Below, piece by piece: positions 42,853 through 53,373 of a stretch of 64,000 nt of DNA (positions are counted from its first letter, which is position 1; each line of letters opens with the position of its first letter). The position numbers and the translations under genes are program-made. Source of the DNA: Candidatus Kapaibacterium sp. (GTDB lineage Bacteria; Bacteroidota; Ignavibacteria; Kapaibacteriales; UBA2268); NCBI GenBank assembly GCA_963664875.1, contig OY761611.1, positions 2,944,001 through 3,008,000 on the forward strand, in the 5' to 3' direction. A model generated the notes under the pieces. It was not told the origin of the DNA. It saw only the letters and a program-made list of their open reading frames with translations, and did not search any database.

Positions 42853-43479
42853 TTAGTAAAATCCAAAATGCAAGCCTATGCCGAAAAGTGGCGAAGAACA
42901 GTCGTCCTGTGTTATCAAAAAAACTTCTTCGTACTTGTACTCAAATTGCGAATAAATTTTATACCCAATCAAGAAAGAAGCATCTAACCATTCTCGGACT
43001 CTATAATATAAATTAAGTTGCGGGAAAAGAACTACTACTTTTTCTTTGCCTAAGTCCAAGTTAATAGGATTGCCGTTAGAGTCTTTGTAGTTTGTTTCGT
43101 ACCATAAAGAGTTCAAACCTGCCTGTAATCCTAAAGCCAGTCCCCATCTTAAATCAAAATTGTATTTATACAGTGCAGTTGCATAATATACATTGCTGTT
43201 GAGCACAGCTGACTCGTTTAGTTCACTAATCAACACATTAGCTGTTATGTCTTTATTTAGCATACCTTCATAGCCGATTCCAAAGATGAAGTTATCCGAA
43301 ATCATATAAGAAAATGACATGCCTGCCCCCGTAGCAGAGACGCCGACAAACTTGCCTACTAAGCTATTTGTTGTAGTGCTAAATCCGATAGTCAAACCTG
43401 AACGATTATCCTGCTCGGGCACATAATCCGCCAATATTGCAAGCGGAAACAATAGGAATAATATAACAAAAAGTTTCAT
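42853..43479 (-). CDS. Small outer-membrane beta-barrel protein (paralog 2)
   Basis: Signal peptide; amphipathic strands; C-terminal LHFGFY. Confidence 0.65.
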   Translation of the reverse strand: MKLFVILFLLFPLAILADYVPEQDNRSGLTIGFSTTTNSLVGKFVGVSATGAGMSFSYMISDNFIFGIGYEGMLNKDITANVLISELNESAVLNSNVYYATALYKYNFDLRWGLALGLQAGLNSLWYETNYKDSNGNPINLDLGKEKVVVLFPQLNLYYRVREWLDASFLIGYKIYSQFEYKYEEVFLITQDDCSSPLFGIGLHFGFY

Positions 43480-43480
43480 C

Positions 43481-44101
43481 TTATAAATATGTTTTTATAC
43501 TTAATGCAATCACAGCACTTTCTAAATCACTATTGCTGACTGATCCGAAATCGAAGCCTGACATGAATCTATAAGCAGCCTGAACTTCCAGAAAAGTAGA
43601 GCCGCCTACAGCATAGCCCAATGCCACTTTAGGCATAATTGAAAAACCCCACTGTCCATTATAATCTGTTGAAATATCGATGCTGCTGTTAGTGCCATAG
43701 CTTATATAGCTCATGGCAAACTCTGCAGAAGGAGTTATATACAATAAGTCTGATAAATCGATATTATATCCTGTTTGCATTCCTATATGTGACATCCTCA
43801 GAAAAGGAGTGCCTACTTCACCTTCGAAATCATATTCTATATTTTTAGAAATTAGAGTATGCATTCCGAATCCCATGAAATAGTTACCGCCAAAAGTTGA
43901 GCCAAAATCGAACCCCATTTCCAGCCCGACTTTTTTATTTATCAAAGGAGCTCCAAGCCTATAGTCGGCATATAGTCTGCTCTCGTCTTTACTTTTTTGA
44001 TTTCTGTGGGAGTATTCCTCTTCTTCTAAACCTCCCGGCAGCATCTGGGAATTTAGGAATGTCGGAACTATAAGCATAATAGATAAAATCAAGTATTTCA
44101 T
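43481..44101 (-). CDS. Small outer-membrane beta-barrel protein (paralog 1; start moved to ATG 44101)
   Basis: Signal peptide; IMPKV, AAYRFMSG, SDL pattern shared with neighbours. Confidence 0.62.
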   Translation of the reverse strand: MKYLILSIMLIVPTFLNSQMLPGGLEEEEYSHRNQKSKDESRLYADYRLGAPLINKKVGLEMGFDFGSTFGGNYFMGFGMHTLISKNIEYDFEGEVGTPFLRMSHIGMQTGYNIDLSDLLYITPSAEFAMSYISYGTNSSIDISTDYNGQWGFSIMPKVALGYAVGGSTFLEVQAAYRFMSGFDFGSVSNSDLESAVIALSIKTYL

Positions 44102-44167
44102 GATAGTAAAAGATTTAAAATTCTTAAACATATTTTGATTATATACGTAGTTTACAAAGTAATATTA

Positions 44168-44182
44168 GGAAATATTGTGCCA
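44168..44182 (-). promoter_or_regulatory. Possible sigma54 promoter (imperfect -12)
   Basis: TGGCACAATATTTCC upstream of the barrel trio. Confidence 0.35.
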
Positions 44183-44204
44183 GTAATCCAAATATAGAAA
44201 AACT

Positions 44205-46562
44205 ATGAGACTGTTTACTCTTCTTCTTGCGTTTTTTTTGCTATCCATCAGTTTGGAAGCTGCTCAGACTATTTACGGTAAAGTGCAAAGCAAAGACGAA
44301 AAAACTCCTTTGCCGGGTGCTTCTGTCAGGGTAGTTGATTCTCAAAAAGGTACCTATGCTAACTCGCGAGGTGTTTTCAAACTACAGATAGATGGCAAAG
44401 ACAAAGAGCTTCTAATTAAATCAATCGGTTATAAGTCCAAAAAAGTTTCAGTAAATTCTCTAACTGATACATTATTAATCCTTTTGGAAGCAGACAGAGT
44501 AGTTAGCGGCACAGCATTAGTCTATGGGGAAATTGAGCCCTATACTTTGATAGAACGAGCGATTGCAAGGAAGAAGAGCAATTCTGCAAAGATTAAAACG
44601 GTGGAAGGTAAATTGCAGACCAAAGTGTATGCAGATGCCGGTGAGTCTTTACTCCCGGGTGGTGGTGATAATTCCATAAGTGTTACTATGGAAATTGGTG
44701 GCGAAGACAAGAAAGAAGCACCAAAAAAAATTCTTATGGAGTCAATAGCGATAAACTACAAAGACTACGACAAAGATATTTATCATTCTCATATTATTTC
44801 GCGGCGTCAGACTAAAAATGTACCTGCTCAGGTGAATATGTTTGTAATGGGAGAATTTATCAATTTTTACGATGAAAGAATAGAGCTGATGGAGACTAAA
44901 GTTATCTCACCGTTGGCAGATGATGCACAGGATTATTATTCTTACAAAATCATAGAACGACAAATCTTAGACGGCAAATATATCTATATCGTTGAGGTAA
45001 TCCCAAATTCTACATTATACCCGACCTTCGATGGCAAAATAATGATTTCCGAAGGGGATTATGATTTTGTTGGGGCAGAGCTCACGACCAGTCCACACAC
45101 TGCAATATCGTTTGTAAAATCACTCAAATTTACAGAGAAATTTGAAAAATATGACAATAATCTTTGGTATCCTAACTTCCTCGAGATTAAGTCGGCATTA
45201 GGTGCAGATATTATCAAAGGCAGTTTCTCTATAGATTTAGAGCTGACAGTGACCAGCATTTATAGCGATCTCAAACTCAATGAAAAACTTCCTGACTCTT
45301 TATATACAGAGCAGGTAAAATGGGTTACAGTTTCCTCTCTTGCTGATAGCACTGATAAAGATTATTGGCAGAACAACTCACTTTTTGCTGATAGCAAAGA
45401 AGATGAAAAAATTTATGCTGAAGTAGATTCACTTGTCGTGAATGTTGATTCGTTGCAGCAAGAAGAAGATTTTTCTTTTGGGTTTACTCCTTATCTTGAT
45501 TTCAACAGAGCTTCTGATGTGATGTATGGTTTGACTCCGAATGTTGGATATCAAAATTGGTATTTAAGTTATAAAGGAGCTTACAGCACAGGGACAGATC
45601 AATATTACAGCTCCTTGTTTCTAAACGGTATATTCGACGTTTCTTCTGTTCAGTTTTCAGCAAACGTAGGCTATCACCAAGAAATTGCAGTTTTTTCTGA
45701 TGACAATACCTCTCCGCGAGAACTAAATACTCTGCAGGCAGGTTTGTTTGGAAAGGATTACTATGATTACTATCAGTCTGATGTGTTTCGTGCTTCGATT
45801 GGTATGCAGTATAAAGAGCTAAACTTAGGACTTAGTTTTGAACAATCTGATCAGCATGCTATCGGAGTGAATACATCGAAATATGCTTTTGGAGATATAA
45901 ATTGGAGAGCAAATCCAACTATAGACAATCAAAAATATCAAACCCTAAAATACAATCTTTTGTTCGGATCAAAAGGCTTTTTGGGGATTGGGGAAACTCC
46001 GTTTTATTTTTCTCTTTATGGCTTATTCGGAAACCAAATCTCTAATGACATCGGATTTTCAACAGTGCATGCCGAAGGTAAAATATCGATGCCTTTATAC
46101 GAAACTGGCTATGCACCTCTTGAACTTGTAGTTTATGCACAAGCAGCTATTGCCTCAGAGGATACCCCGGCTCAATATCAGTTCAGATTGCAAAACAATC
46201 TTGTATTCCAAAACAGTGCCTTAGGTTTTTATTCTGCTCCTTTAGCTGAAATAGGTGGCAATGAACTATACAGCTCAACTGTCAGGTTCAAACTCTCTGA
46301 CTATTTGTGGCGTGCAGTCGGACTGCCGGTCTATAAAGGTAGAGGGCTTGAACTCGAACTTGTAGGCTCTGCAGCATATTCTTATGATAACAGCAAAAGT
46401 TACTATAAAGGAACCGGAGAGCGAGGGTACTTGGAAGCAGGATTTCATATTGGAAGGATTCCATCATATTTTTCTGATTTTATTTTCTTTGGTTTTGATT
46501 ACCGAAAGCAGATTGATGGAGACAATTGCGGTTGGGGAATTAGTTTTTCTGCTCCTTTTTAG
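44205..46562 (+). CDS. Outer-membrane protein with carboxypeptidase-regulatory-like N-domain (DUF5686-like)
   Basis: PLPGASV...GTYAN..G.F, SIGY; ISPLADDA..YY.Y; YLEAGF; C-terminal F. Confidence 0.75.
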   Translation: MRLFTLLLAFFLLSISLEAAQTIYGKVQSKDEKTPLPGASVRVVDSQKGTYANSRGVFKLQIDGKDKELLIKSIGYKSKKVSVNSLTDTLLILLEADRVVSGTALVYGEIEPYTLIERAIARKKSNSAKIKTVEGKLQTKVYADAGESLLPGGGDNSISVTMEIGGEDKKEAPKKILMESIAINYKDYDKDIYHSHIISRRQTKNVPAQVNMFVMGEFINFYDERIELMETKVISPLADDAQDYYSYKIIERQILDGKYIYIVEVIPNSTLYPTFDGKIMISEGDYDFVGAELTTSPHTAISFVKSLKFTEKFEKYDNNLWYPNFLEIKSALGADIIKGSFSIDLELTVTSIYSDLKLNEKLPDSLYTEQVKWVTVSSLADSTDKDYWQNNSLFADSKEDEKIYAEVDSLVVNVDSLQQEEDFSFGFTPYLDFNRASDVMYGLTPNVGYQNWYLSYKGAYSTGTDQYYSSLFLNGIFDVSSVQFSANVGYHQEIAVFSDDNTSPRELNTLQAGLFGKDYYDYYQSDVFRASIGMQYKELNLGLSFEQSDQHAIGVNTSKYAFGDINWRANPTIDNQKYQTLKYNLLFGSKGFLGIGETPFYFSLYGLFGNQISNDIGFSTVHAEGKISMPLYETGYAPLELVVYAQAAIASEDTPAQYQFRLQNNLVFQNSALGFYSAPLAEIGGNELYSSTVRFKLSDYLWRAVGLPVYKGRGLELELVGSAAYSYDNSKSYYKGTGERGYLEAGFHIGRIPSYFSDFIFFGFDYRKQIDGDNCGWGISFSAPF

Positions 46563-46651
46563 CAGGAATACTGAGAATAATAAGATAAAAGAGCAGGAAA
46601 GAAATTTGAATTTGCTATATTGTTTTTTTATTACTTTTTTCGGAGAATTTT

Positions 46652-47062
46652 ATGTTCAAAAAAATACTGTTTGTTGTGCTTGGCATTGTCCTTGCGAGTG
46701 TTGTCGTTGCACTTATTGAGGGATTGTCTCATCAAATATATCCGGTGCCCGAAGGATTAGATACAACTGACATTGACGCTTTGAAAGCTTATATAGAATC
46801 AGGCATGGAAGTAGGTGCTATGCTGTTTGTAGTGCTTGCACATGCCTTAGGTTCATTTGCAGGTGGTATTTTTTCTGCAAAAATGTGCCAAAATAGTTTG
46901 GCATGTGGTGTCTCAGTTGGGGTAGTGATGATGCTGTTCGGGATTGTAAATATGTTTATTTTTCCTCATCCGCTTTGGATGCAGGTACTAGATATTGCTG
47001 TTTACATACCATCAGCATATATAGGAGCAAAACTAATTATTAACAATAATAAGGCTAAGTAA
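46652..47062 (+). CDS. Hypothetical membrane protein
   Basis: Four hydrophobic segments, HPLWM motif, GGAG upstream. Confidence 0.75.
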   Translation: MFKKILFVVLGIVLASVVVALIEGLSHQIYPVPEGLDTTDIDALKAYIESGMEVGAMLFVVLAHALGSFAGGIFSAKMCQNSLACGVSVGVVMMLFGIVNMFIFPHPLWMQVLDIAVYIPSAYIGAKLIINNNKAK

Positions 47063-47500
47063 ATGTACAAAATTATCTCGATCTTTCTGTTCTTGCTTGC
47101 TTGCCTTGCTTATGCAGCAAGTGCTAACGATAAAGTAATGGGCAACTGGTACAGCGAAGACAAAGAAGCAAAAATCGAAATCTATAAAGAGGGCGATAAA
47201 TACTTTGGTAAAATTGTTTGGCTGAAAGAACCTAAAAATGCAGAAGGTAAAGACAAAACGGACAAGAATAATCCCGACGAAGCTAAGAGGAGTAAGAAAA
47301 TTGTAGGAATGAAAATGCTTTGGGATTTTGTTTATGATGAGGATAATGTCTGGGAAGATGGTAAAATTTATGATGCCAAATCAGGCAAGACATACTCTTG
47401 CAAAATGACTCTAAGCGAAGATGGGAATACATTAGAAGTCAGAGGATATGTTGGCTTTTCTATGTTTGGAAGAACTGCTGTGTGGACAAGAGCTAAATAG
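47063..47500 (+). CDS. DUF2147 family exported protein
   Basis: GKIVWL, D.NNPD, WEDGKIYD..SGKTY, LEVRGYVG..FGRT..W.R. Confidence 0.9.
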   Translation: MYKIISIFLFLLACLAYAASANDKVMGNWYSEDKEAKIEIYKEGDKYFGKIVWLKEPKNAEGKDKTDKNNPDEAKRSKKIVGMKMLWDFVYDEDNVWEDGKIYDAKSGKTYSCKMTLSEDGNTLEVRGYVGFSMFGRTAVWTRAK

Positions 47501-47508
47501 AGGTTGAA

Positions 47509-48261
47509 ATGGAAAATCTTGAATTGCTAATTGATTTACATATTGGACATCACCGTCAGGGGCCAGGAAGTGACGAAGATGCTTTAAAGGCATTAAATAT
47601 GACCGGTCTCGATGATAAAATGAAATTGAAAATTGCAGATATTGGCTGCGGAACAGGTGCAGGTACTTTGCTCCTTGCAGATAAATTGAATGCTGAAATA
47701 TATGCAGTCGATTTCTTAAAACCCTTTTTAGACGAGATGATGTTAAGAGCTAATAAAAGTGGTGTTGCCGAAAAAATAAAACCCTTGGCTAAATCCATGG
47801 ACGAACTCGATTTTGCAGTTGAAGAGCTTGACTTGCTTTGGTCTGAAGGAGCCATTTATAATATTGGCTTCGAAAATGGAATAAGGATTTGGAAGAAGTT
47901 CCTGAAGCCCGGTGGACACATTGTGTTGTCTGAAATCACATGGTTGACAAAAGACAGACCTCTAGAAATTACTGAGCATTGGTTGGGTGAGTACCCTGAA
48001 ATAGACTTAGCTTCCAATAAAATAAGAATCCTTGAGGATAATGATTTCGAATTACAGGGATATTTTACCTTACCTGAAAAAAGCTGGATAGATAACTATT
48101 ATAGACCTATTATAGACGAATTTGACAGTTTTCTGGAAAGGAATAATAATGTACCTGCAGCTATTGAGATAGTTGAATCAGAAAAACATGAAATAGAGCT
48201 CTATAACAAGTATAAAAAATATCTAAGTTATGGGTTTTATATTGCACGGAAAGTGAAATAG
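47509..48261 (+). CDS. Class I SAM-dependent methyltransferase
   Basis: RQGPGS, ADIGCGTG, WSEGAIYNIGF, YGFYIARK. Confidence 0.92.
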   Translation: MENLELLIDLHIGHHRQGPGSDEDALKALNMTGLDDKMKLKIADIGCGTGAGTLLLADKLNAEIYAVDFLKPFLDEMMLRANKSGVAEKIKPLAKSMDELDFAVEELDLLWSEGAIYNIGFENGIRIWKKFLKPGGHIVLSEITWLTKDRPLEITEHWLGEYPEIDLASNKIRILEDNDFELQGYFTLPEKSWIDNYYRPIIDEFDSFLERNNNVPAAIEIVESEKHEIELYNKYKKYLSYGFYIARKVK

Positions 48262-48295
48262 AGAGCATTAGCTTACACAGGTCATATTTAAACAG

Positions 48296-48345
48296 AAAAA
48301 GTGAACAATAATCCTGCTTTATTCGCAAATCATTGTTCACTTTTT
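48296..48345. terminator. Bidirectional intrinsic terminator
   Basis: AAAAAGTGAACAAT...ATTGTTCACTTTTT between convergent genes. Confidence 0.7.
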
Positions 48346-48380
48346 GTTGTAATGAAAATGTTATCAATTATTGCTTTTGC

Positions 48381-49661
48381 TTAGTCGAAATAATAGTTCA
48401 AACCAAGTGATACAGCAAAAATATCCATAGAGTGAGTGCCGGGCATAGCGATCCAATCTTCTTTCATATCTGCAGGTTTGATTTCTCTGTCTGCACCAAT
48501 TAGATATTCTAAGCCTAAATCAACACCAAAGTTGCCAAATTTGTAACCTGTACCGATAGTAAAAGCATTGAATGAAATGCTTGGGAACATGATTGTTAGA
48601 GTATGGTCCGGAGATGGAGCCGGATCGTAGTAATAGCCTGCACGCAAAGCAAGTTTTTCATTAGCCATGTACTCAGCACCAAATCTAATTTGAAGGCAAT
48701 CTTCCCATTTTAGTTCCATTGAGTCTAAGATACCGCCCCAATCGTTGTATGTTGTTTCCAAGTATTCAGCAGAAGTTGACCATTGACTCCACTGACCATC
48801 AAATGTAAGTGTTAGATTTTTCATCGGTTTGACAGCAATACCACCGGCTATCCACATAGGGGTAGTCAAATCTCTGTCAAAATTAGATACAGCAGGCAAT
48901 TTCATAGCTGCCATTAATGGATTTTCTGCATCGCCGGAAAGTGAAATTTTTGCAGGAGAACGGAAAGTCAAGCCCATGCTCAACTCTTCCATCGGTTTAT
49001 ACAGCACACCAACTGTAAAGCCAACACCTATACCGGAAGATGATTCTTCGTATTGTGTATCCATTGCACCATCTTCACCCGGGCCACCGGTTGCAAGATT
49101 GATTTTATCTAATGGACGGCGCATGTCGAGCATACCGTATTTGATATTAAGAGAAGCACCTGCGTAGAACTTGTCAGAAAATTTATAAGAAAGAGCAGGG
49201 GAGAAATTGATATTTCTCACATAGTTGTACCATTCGAATGCAGTAGCAGAAGGCCCGCTAAAAACTTTTAAATCTTCACCTTCCCATTCTACACCAAGCC
49301 CTGATGAAACGTAAGCACCGAAGCCGAGAGTCATCTTTCCGTCCATAATTGGCAGGTAGCCGGTAAGGTTGGGGCTGACATAGTGTTTGGTTTTAGCAGT
49401 AGCGTCGATTTTGTATGTGTCAAATTCGTATTTACTTTGGGGGATAACGTCCATGGCAAAAAAGCTAACCAATGGTTTGTCAAAATTGCTCATACCTGCT
49501 GGGTTCCAGTAAATTGTCATAGGGTCGTCTGCCAGACCTACCATTGCTCCACCCATACCGAGTGCCCTTGCTCCCGGGCTATTGAGAGAGATACCGTTTG
49601 AATAAGCATTTTGCAAAGAAATGCAGCAAATCAAAACGAATAGTAAGAAGTACTTGTTCAT
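48381..49661 (-). CDS. fadL: FadL/OmpP1 family outer-membrane transporter
   Basis: Signal peptide; GARALGMGGA, YWNPAG, LRAGYYYD; C-terminal NYYFD. Confidence 0.85.
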   Translation of the reverse strand: MNKYFLLFVLICCISLQNAYSNGISLNSPGARALGMGGAMVGLADDPMTIYWNPAGMSNFDKPLVSFFAMDVIPQSKYEFDTYKIDATAKTKHYVSPNLTGYLPIMDGKMTLGFGAYVSSGLGVEWEGEDLKVFSGPSATAFEWYNYVRNINFSPALSYKFSDKFYAGASLNIKYGMLDMRRPLDKINLATGGPGEDGAMDTQYEESSSGIGVGFTVGVLYKPMEELSMGLTFRSPAKISLSGDAENPLMAAMKLPAVSNFDRDLTTPMWIAGGIAVKPMKNLTLTFDGQWSQWSTSAEYLETTYNDWGGILDSMELKWEDCLQIRFGAEYMANEKLALRAGYYYDPAPSPDHTLTIMFPSISFNAFTIGTGYKFGNFGVDLGLEYLIGADREIKPADMKEDWIAMPGTHSMDIFAVSLGLNYYFD

Positions 49662-49857
49662 CAAGTTTTTCCTTTAAAAATATACGAATAGCGAATAATA
49701 AGTTTTTATATTCATGAATCAAGGTTCAGTATTAAATTAGCTAAAAAAATTGGCATCTGCAATTAGAACATTGTTTAATAATAAAAAAGCATTCTCTATT
49801 CGACGGTAATAGCAGGATTTGCGTGTAAATCGATAAGTATATGTGAAATATGGAGAT

Positions 49858-49895
49858 AAAAAAAAGCCCGAATATAATTTGCTTATATTCGGGCT
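49858..49895 (-). terminator. Intrinsic terminator of the lipoprotein gene
   Basis: AGCCCGAATATAA-N5-TTATATTCGGGCT plus T8 on minus strand. Confidence 0.85.
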
Positions 49896-49930
49896 CAAAC
49901 TTATGAGTTTAAAAGACAATTGTGAATAGC

Positions 49931-51106
49931 TTATTTAGCGTAAGGCACATTCACAGCTTTTTGGTAAGAAATTGTAACCTCAACGTAGCGGTTAGGTGCA
50001 GTACCTTTCAAAAATCCGCCTTTACCGTTTACTAATACTTTAGCATAGTTAAATTTGTCACCATTTGGAACTTTAACGAAGAACAAAATGTTTTTGCCTT
50101 GTAATGTAGCATCAGTAAGGTCAAACAATTCTTCAGTGTAAGTAACTTGACTGTCCATAGCCTGAGAGCCGTAAAGATCATCTAAGGTTACGTTTTCTAA
50201 TGCGATAACATTGCTTATGAGAGAAGCGATAGGAGTAGCGCCGCCCCAGTTGAATGAAATTTTAGAAGCAGAGCCAAATTTCACTTCATTGTTTTTAGCG
50301 TACAAACCTAAGTTCCAGTTGTCAGATTCTGCAACTGTAAGGATTTTTGGAGAAGCATCTGTATCGTTGTATAAGTCGATACCTGAACCAAAAGAAGACG
50401 CAGCTTCGTAAAGTTTAATAGTGTTAGTACCATCAAGGCTTTCAAATCTGTAAGCAGGTGCCCAAGAAACTTTCGCAGCAGGACCTGCATTGTTGTCAGC
50501 ACTTATTGTATGAACACTAAATTCGTAAACTGTACCTTCGTCAAGACCGGTAATTTTAGTTGCCATCTGTGGTTCAGTAGTCGCTGAAATTTCTTTTTCT
50601 TGGTCGCCATATTTTACTAAATATTTAGAAGCACCTTCTACTTTATCCCAAGCTAAAGCAACAGAAGATTCATTTTCAGATCTTGCCATTAGGTTAGTAG
50701 GAGCAGGAAGTACAGCACCAACATAAAACATGATTGGTTCAGAAGTATAAACAGTGCCGTCGATAGTTTTTTCAACTTTCAATTCACCTGATTTGGCACC
50801 CATAGGTACTATTACTTCAATTTTGGTATTTGTCCATGAAACGTAGTCGCTGCCTGAAGCTCCAACTTCGCCTTTTGCCTGAACTGTACCAAAATGTACT
50901 GATCCATTATCGTCTGCAGTACCAAAGTCAGTACCATTGATAGTAACGGTGTCGCCAACGTTAGCGTTGTTGGTAGATAGAGAAGTGATTACAGGCTTAT
51001 TAGTATCGCCCGGTGTAAGTGGATCATCTTCGTCATCGCAGGCTGTGAATGTAAGCCCTAAAAATGCAATTAGAGCGATATAGCTCCATAGTTTGAAGAT
51101 TTTCAT
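49931..51106 (-). CDS. Lipoprotein with IPT/TIG and fibronectin-III domains (start moved to ATG 51106)
   Basis: AGGAG SD; lipobox FTAC then DDEDD; PVITSLS...GDTVTINGTDFG...IEVIVP; APTNL...LAW...GLDEGTVYEFSV. Confidence 0.8.
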   Translation of the reverse strand: MKIFKLWSYIALIAFLGLTFTACDDEDDPLTPGDTNKPVITSLSTNNANVGDTVTINGTDFGTADDNGSVHFGTVQAKGEVGASGSDYVSWTNTKIEVIVPMGAKSGELKVEKTIDGTVYTSEPIMFYVGAVLPAPTNLMARSENESSVALAWDKVEGASKYLVKYGDQEKEISATTEPQMATKITGLDEGTVYEFSVHTISADNNAGPAAKVSWAPAYRFESLDGTNTIKLYEAASSFGSGIDLYNDTDASPKILTVAESDNWNLGLYAKNNEVKFGSASKISFNWGGATPIASLISNVIALENVTLDDLYGSQAMDSQVTYTEELFDLTDATLQGKNILFFVKVPNGDKFNYAKVLVNGKGGFLKGTAPNRYVEVTISYQKAVNVPYAK

Positions 51107-51213
51107 AATATCTCCTTTGAAATTAGTTAAAACACAGTAAAACATTTTATAAACAAAATGAAATGATATACAAACTTATTACGAGTGATTTCGCAATTTG
51201 TTTTAAAATTTAA

Positions 51214-52473
51214 CTACATATCTGCACATAACCCTAACTCTCTTGCAAGCTCGCCGGTTAGAAATTTACGGTTATATTGCTCTACAAAGCTTTCAGAAGG
51301 GATTGGGAGTTTCCCTGCTTTCCATAAAGAATATAAGTTTTCCAAAGCATTTTCGATAGCTTTTACATCCTTAGGTCCTGTAGCAAAAGCTGCTTCTGAA
51401 TCCAAAGCTGTTTTTCTTATAATGCCGTCAGGAGAGCATGCTAACATAGTTTTGCGTGCACCAAAATACTCATAAAGCTTGCCGGGTGAGCGTATTGTGT
51501 CATTAAGCATGAACCACAGCACGTCCGATTCCTGAAGCTGTTTTACTGCTTCTTTGTGCGAGAGATAGCCCACAAGATTTACGTTTTCTTCTAATTTGTA
51601 TTTTTTGATAAGTTTTTCGTGAGGCTTTCTCATCAGACCAATAAATCGAGCTTCGAAATGAAATTTTGCTTCCGGGTGTTTTTTCAGGAATGCATCCATA
51701 GCCTTGAAGAAATACTTTGGAGTTCTGTCGTCCTGAAATAAACCGGAATGTGTAATTACGAACTTGGATTTATCAATGCTTAGTTCGCTTCTCGGAGCAA
51801 AATCTTCAGGATCAAAACCGTGACTTATGATTTTGATATCGTTGTGTGATAAAAATTTGTATCTTCTTAGTAGCAACTCTTTAGAATGTCGCGTGGTTAC
51901 AATGATTTTTTCAGCTCTTGTAAGTACACGTTTTTCGAGTTTGATACTATAATTTTTGTGAAAAGGAGTAGCGTAAAAGTGGAAAGGGTTATCCACCCAG
52001 CTATCTCTGTAGTCAATTATGTATGGCTTATGATACTTTACTGCAAGCTCATCAGCAACGAGGAAATCAGTAAATGGGGGTGCTGTAGAAAAAATTGCAT
52101 TTATGTTATGCTCTTCAAGGATTTGTTCACCGAGAGCAACAGCATGTTTTTTCCATTTGATACAGGAATCCGGTTGGTAGATAGTCTGAAGTGCAGCTCT
52201 GCCAATTTTTTGTAAAGTATATGAAGGGAATTTTTTTTGTTTAGCAGGCTTTGGATTTCCCGCTTCAGTTCTATATATAATTATCCCTTCATCGTTGCAC
52301 TCTTCCAACAAAGAATCGTCAAAAGCATAGTAATCAGCAGGCGAAGTTGTTAGTACAATCACCTTCCAGCCGTAATCCCTCAAGTACTTGACAAACTTTA
52401 ATGTCCTTTGCACACCACTAAGCCCAAGAGGCGGAAAGTAATATGCCACCACAAGTACCGTTCTTTCTATCAT
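51214..52473 (-). CDS. Glycosyltransferase family 4
   Basis: AYYFPP..SGVQR..KFVKYL, DYRDSW, GFDPEDF, PGKLYEY. Confidence 0.9.
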   Translation of the reverse strand: MIERTVLVVAYYFPPLGLSGVQRTLKFVKYLRDYGWKVIVLTTSPADYYAFDDSLLEECNDEGIIIYRTEAGNPKPAKQKKFPSYTLQKIGRAALQTIYQPDSCIKWKKHAVALGEQILEEHNINAIFSTAPPFTDFLVADELAVKYHKPYIIDYRDSWVDNPFHFYATPFHKNYSIKLEKRVLTRAEKIIVTTRHSKELLLRRYKFLSHNDIKIISHGFDPEDFAPRSELSIDKSKFVITHSGLFQDDRTPKYFFKAMDAFLKKHPEAKFHFEARFIGLMRKPHEKLIKKYKLEENVNLVGYLSHKEAVKQLQESDVLWFMLNDTIRSPGKLYEYFGARKTMLACSPDGIIRKTALDSEAAFATGPKDVKAIENALENLYSLWKAGKLPIPSESFVEQYNRKFLTGELARELGLCADM

Positions 52474-52620
52474 AAGTAAGTTTCTCCCCCCACAGGAATA
52501 ATATCAAAGCAACAAAAGACAAAACTTGCCTCAAGTTACATACATAAATATAATGATATTTTGGCAATGTAGATTAAGAAAATTGTCTTCTGAGATAGTA
52601 AAGGTTTCCACATTGCTGTT

Positions 52621-53373
52621 CTATAAGTCCGGAATGCGGTTAAAGAAATTGTAAACTTTAGGCATTTCTTTTCTGGATTTAAGTTCCGCGGGAGTGCCTT
52701 CGGCGATTATACCTCTTACAGATTTGTCCAACATTATTATCCTGTCGGATATACTCAGGATACTATCCAAATCATGCGTTACAATTACCATAGTTGAACC
52801 AAGCGAAGAGTTCAATTCTTTTATTAGTTTGTCAAGGGAAGCTGAGGTTACAGGATCTAAACCCGAAGAAGGCTCATCAAAAAACAAAATATCGGGATCT
52901 AAAGCAAGAGCCCTTGCAAGTGCTGCTCTTTTTTTCATACCCCCACTGATTTCTGATGGGTAATGTCCCTGAAAACCGTCCAAACCCACTGCCGCCAGCT
53001 TCATTCTGACAAGATTGCGAATATCTTCTTTACTCAAATCCGTATATGTTTCAAGTTGGAGTGCTATGTTCTCCTCTATTGTCATCGAGGCAAATAAGCC
53101 GGAGAATTGGAAGAGTACACCATATTTTTTTAGTATATTTTCCCTGACCTTACCTTTAGCAGTTACTAAATTGTTTCCTGCCACAAGTATTTCGCCGTCA
53201 GTCGGGGTTTCCAAACCTATAAGCTGGCGAAGAAGAGTGCTTTTACCGCAACCACTGCCGCCTACGATAACAAAGATTTCTCCCTTTTTCACCGAGAAAT
53301 TTACGTTTTCGAGGATTACCCTGCCATCATAAACTTTTGAAAGTGAATTGACCTCTATGATTGCTTGACTCAT
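52621..53373 (-). CDS. mlaF: MlaF/Mkl-type ABC ATP-binding protein
   Basis: GGSGCGKS, ISGGMKKR, FFDEPSSGLDP, VTHD. Confidence 0.88.
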   Translation of the reverse strand: MSQAIIEVNSLSKVYDGRVILENVNFSVKKGEIFVIVGGSGCGKSTLLRQLIGLETPTDGEILVAGNNLVTAKGKVRENILKKYGVLFQFSGLFASMTIEENIALQLETYTDLSKEDIRNLVRMKLAAVGLDGFQGHYPSEISGGMKKRAALARALALDPDILFFDEPSSGLDPVTSASLDKLIKELNSSLGSTMVIVTHDLDSILSISDRIIMLDKSVRGIIAEGTPAELKSRKEMPKVYNFFNRIPDL

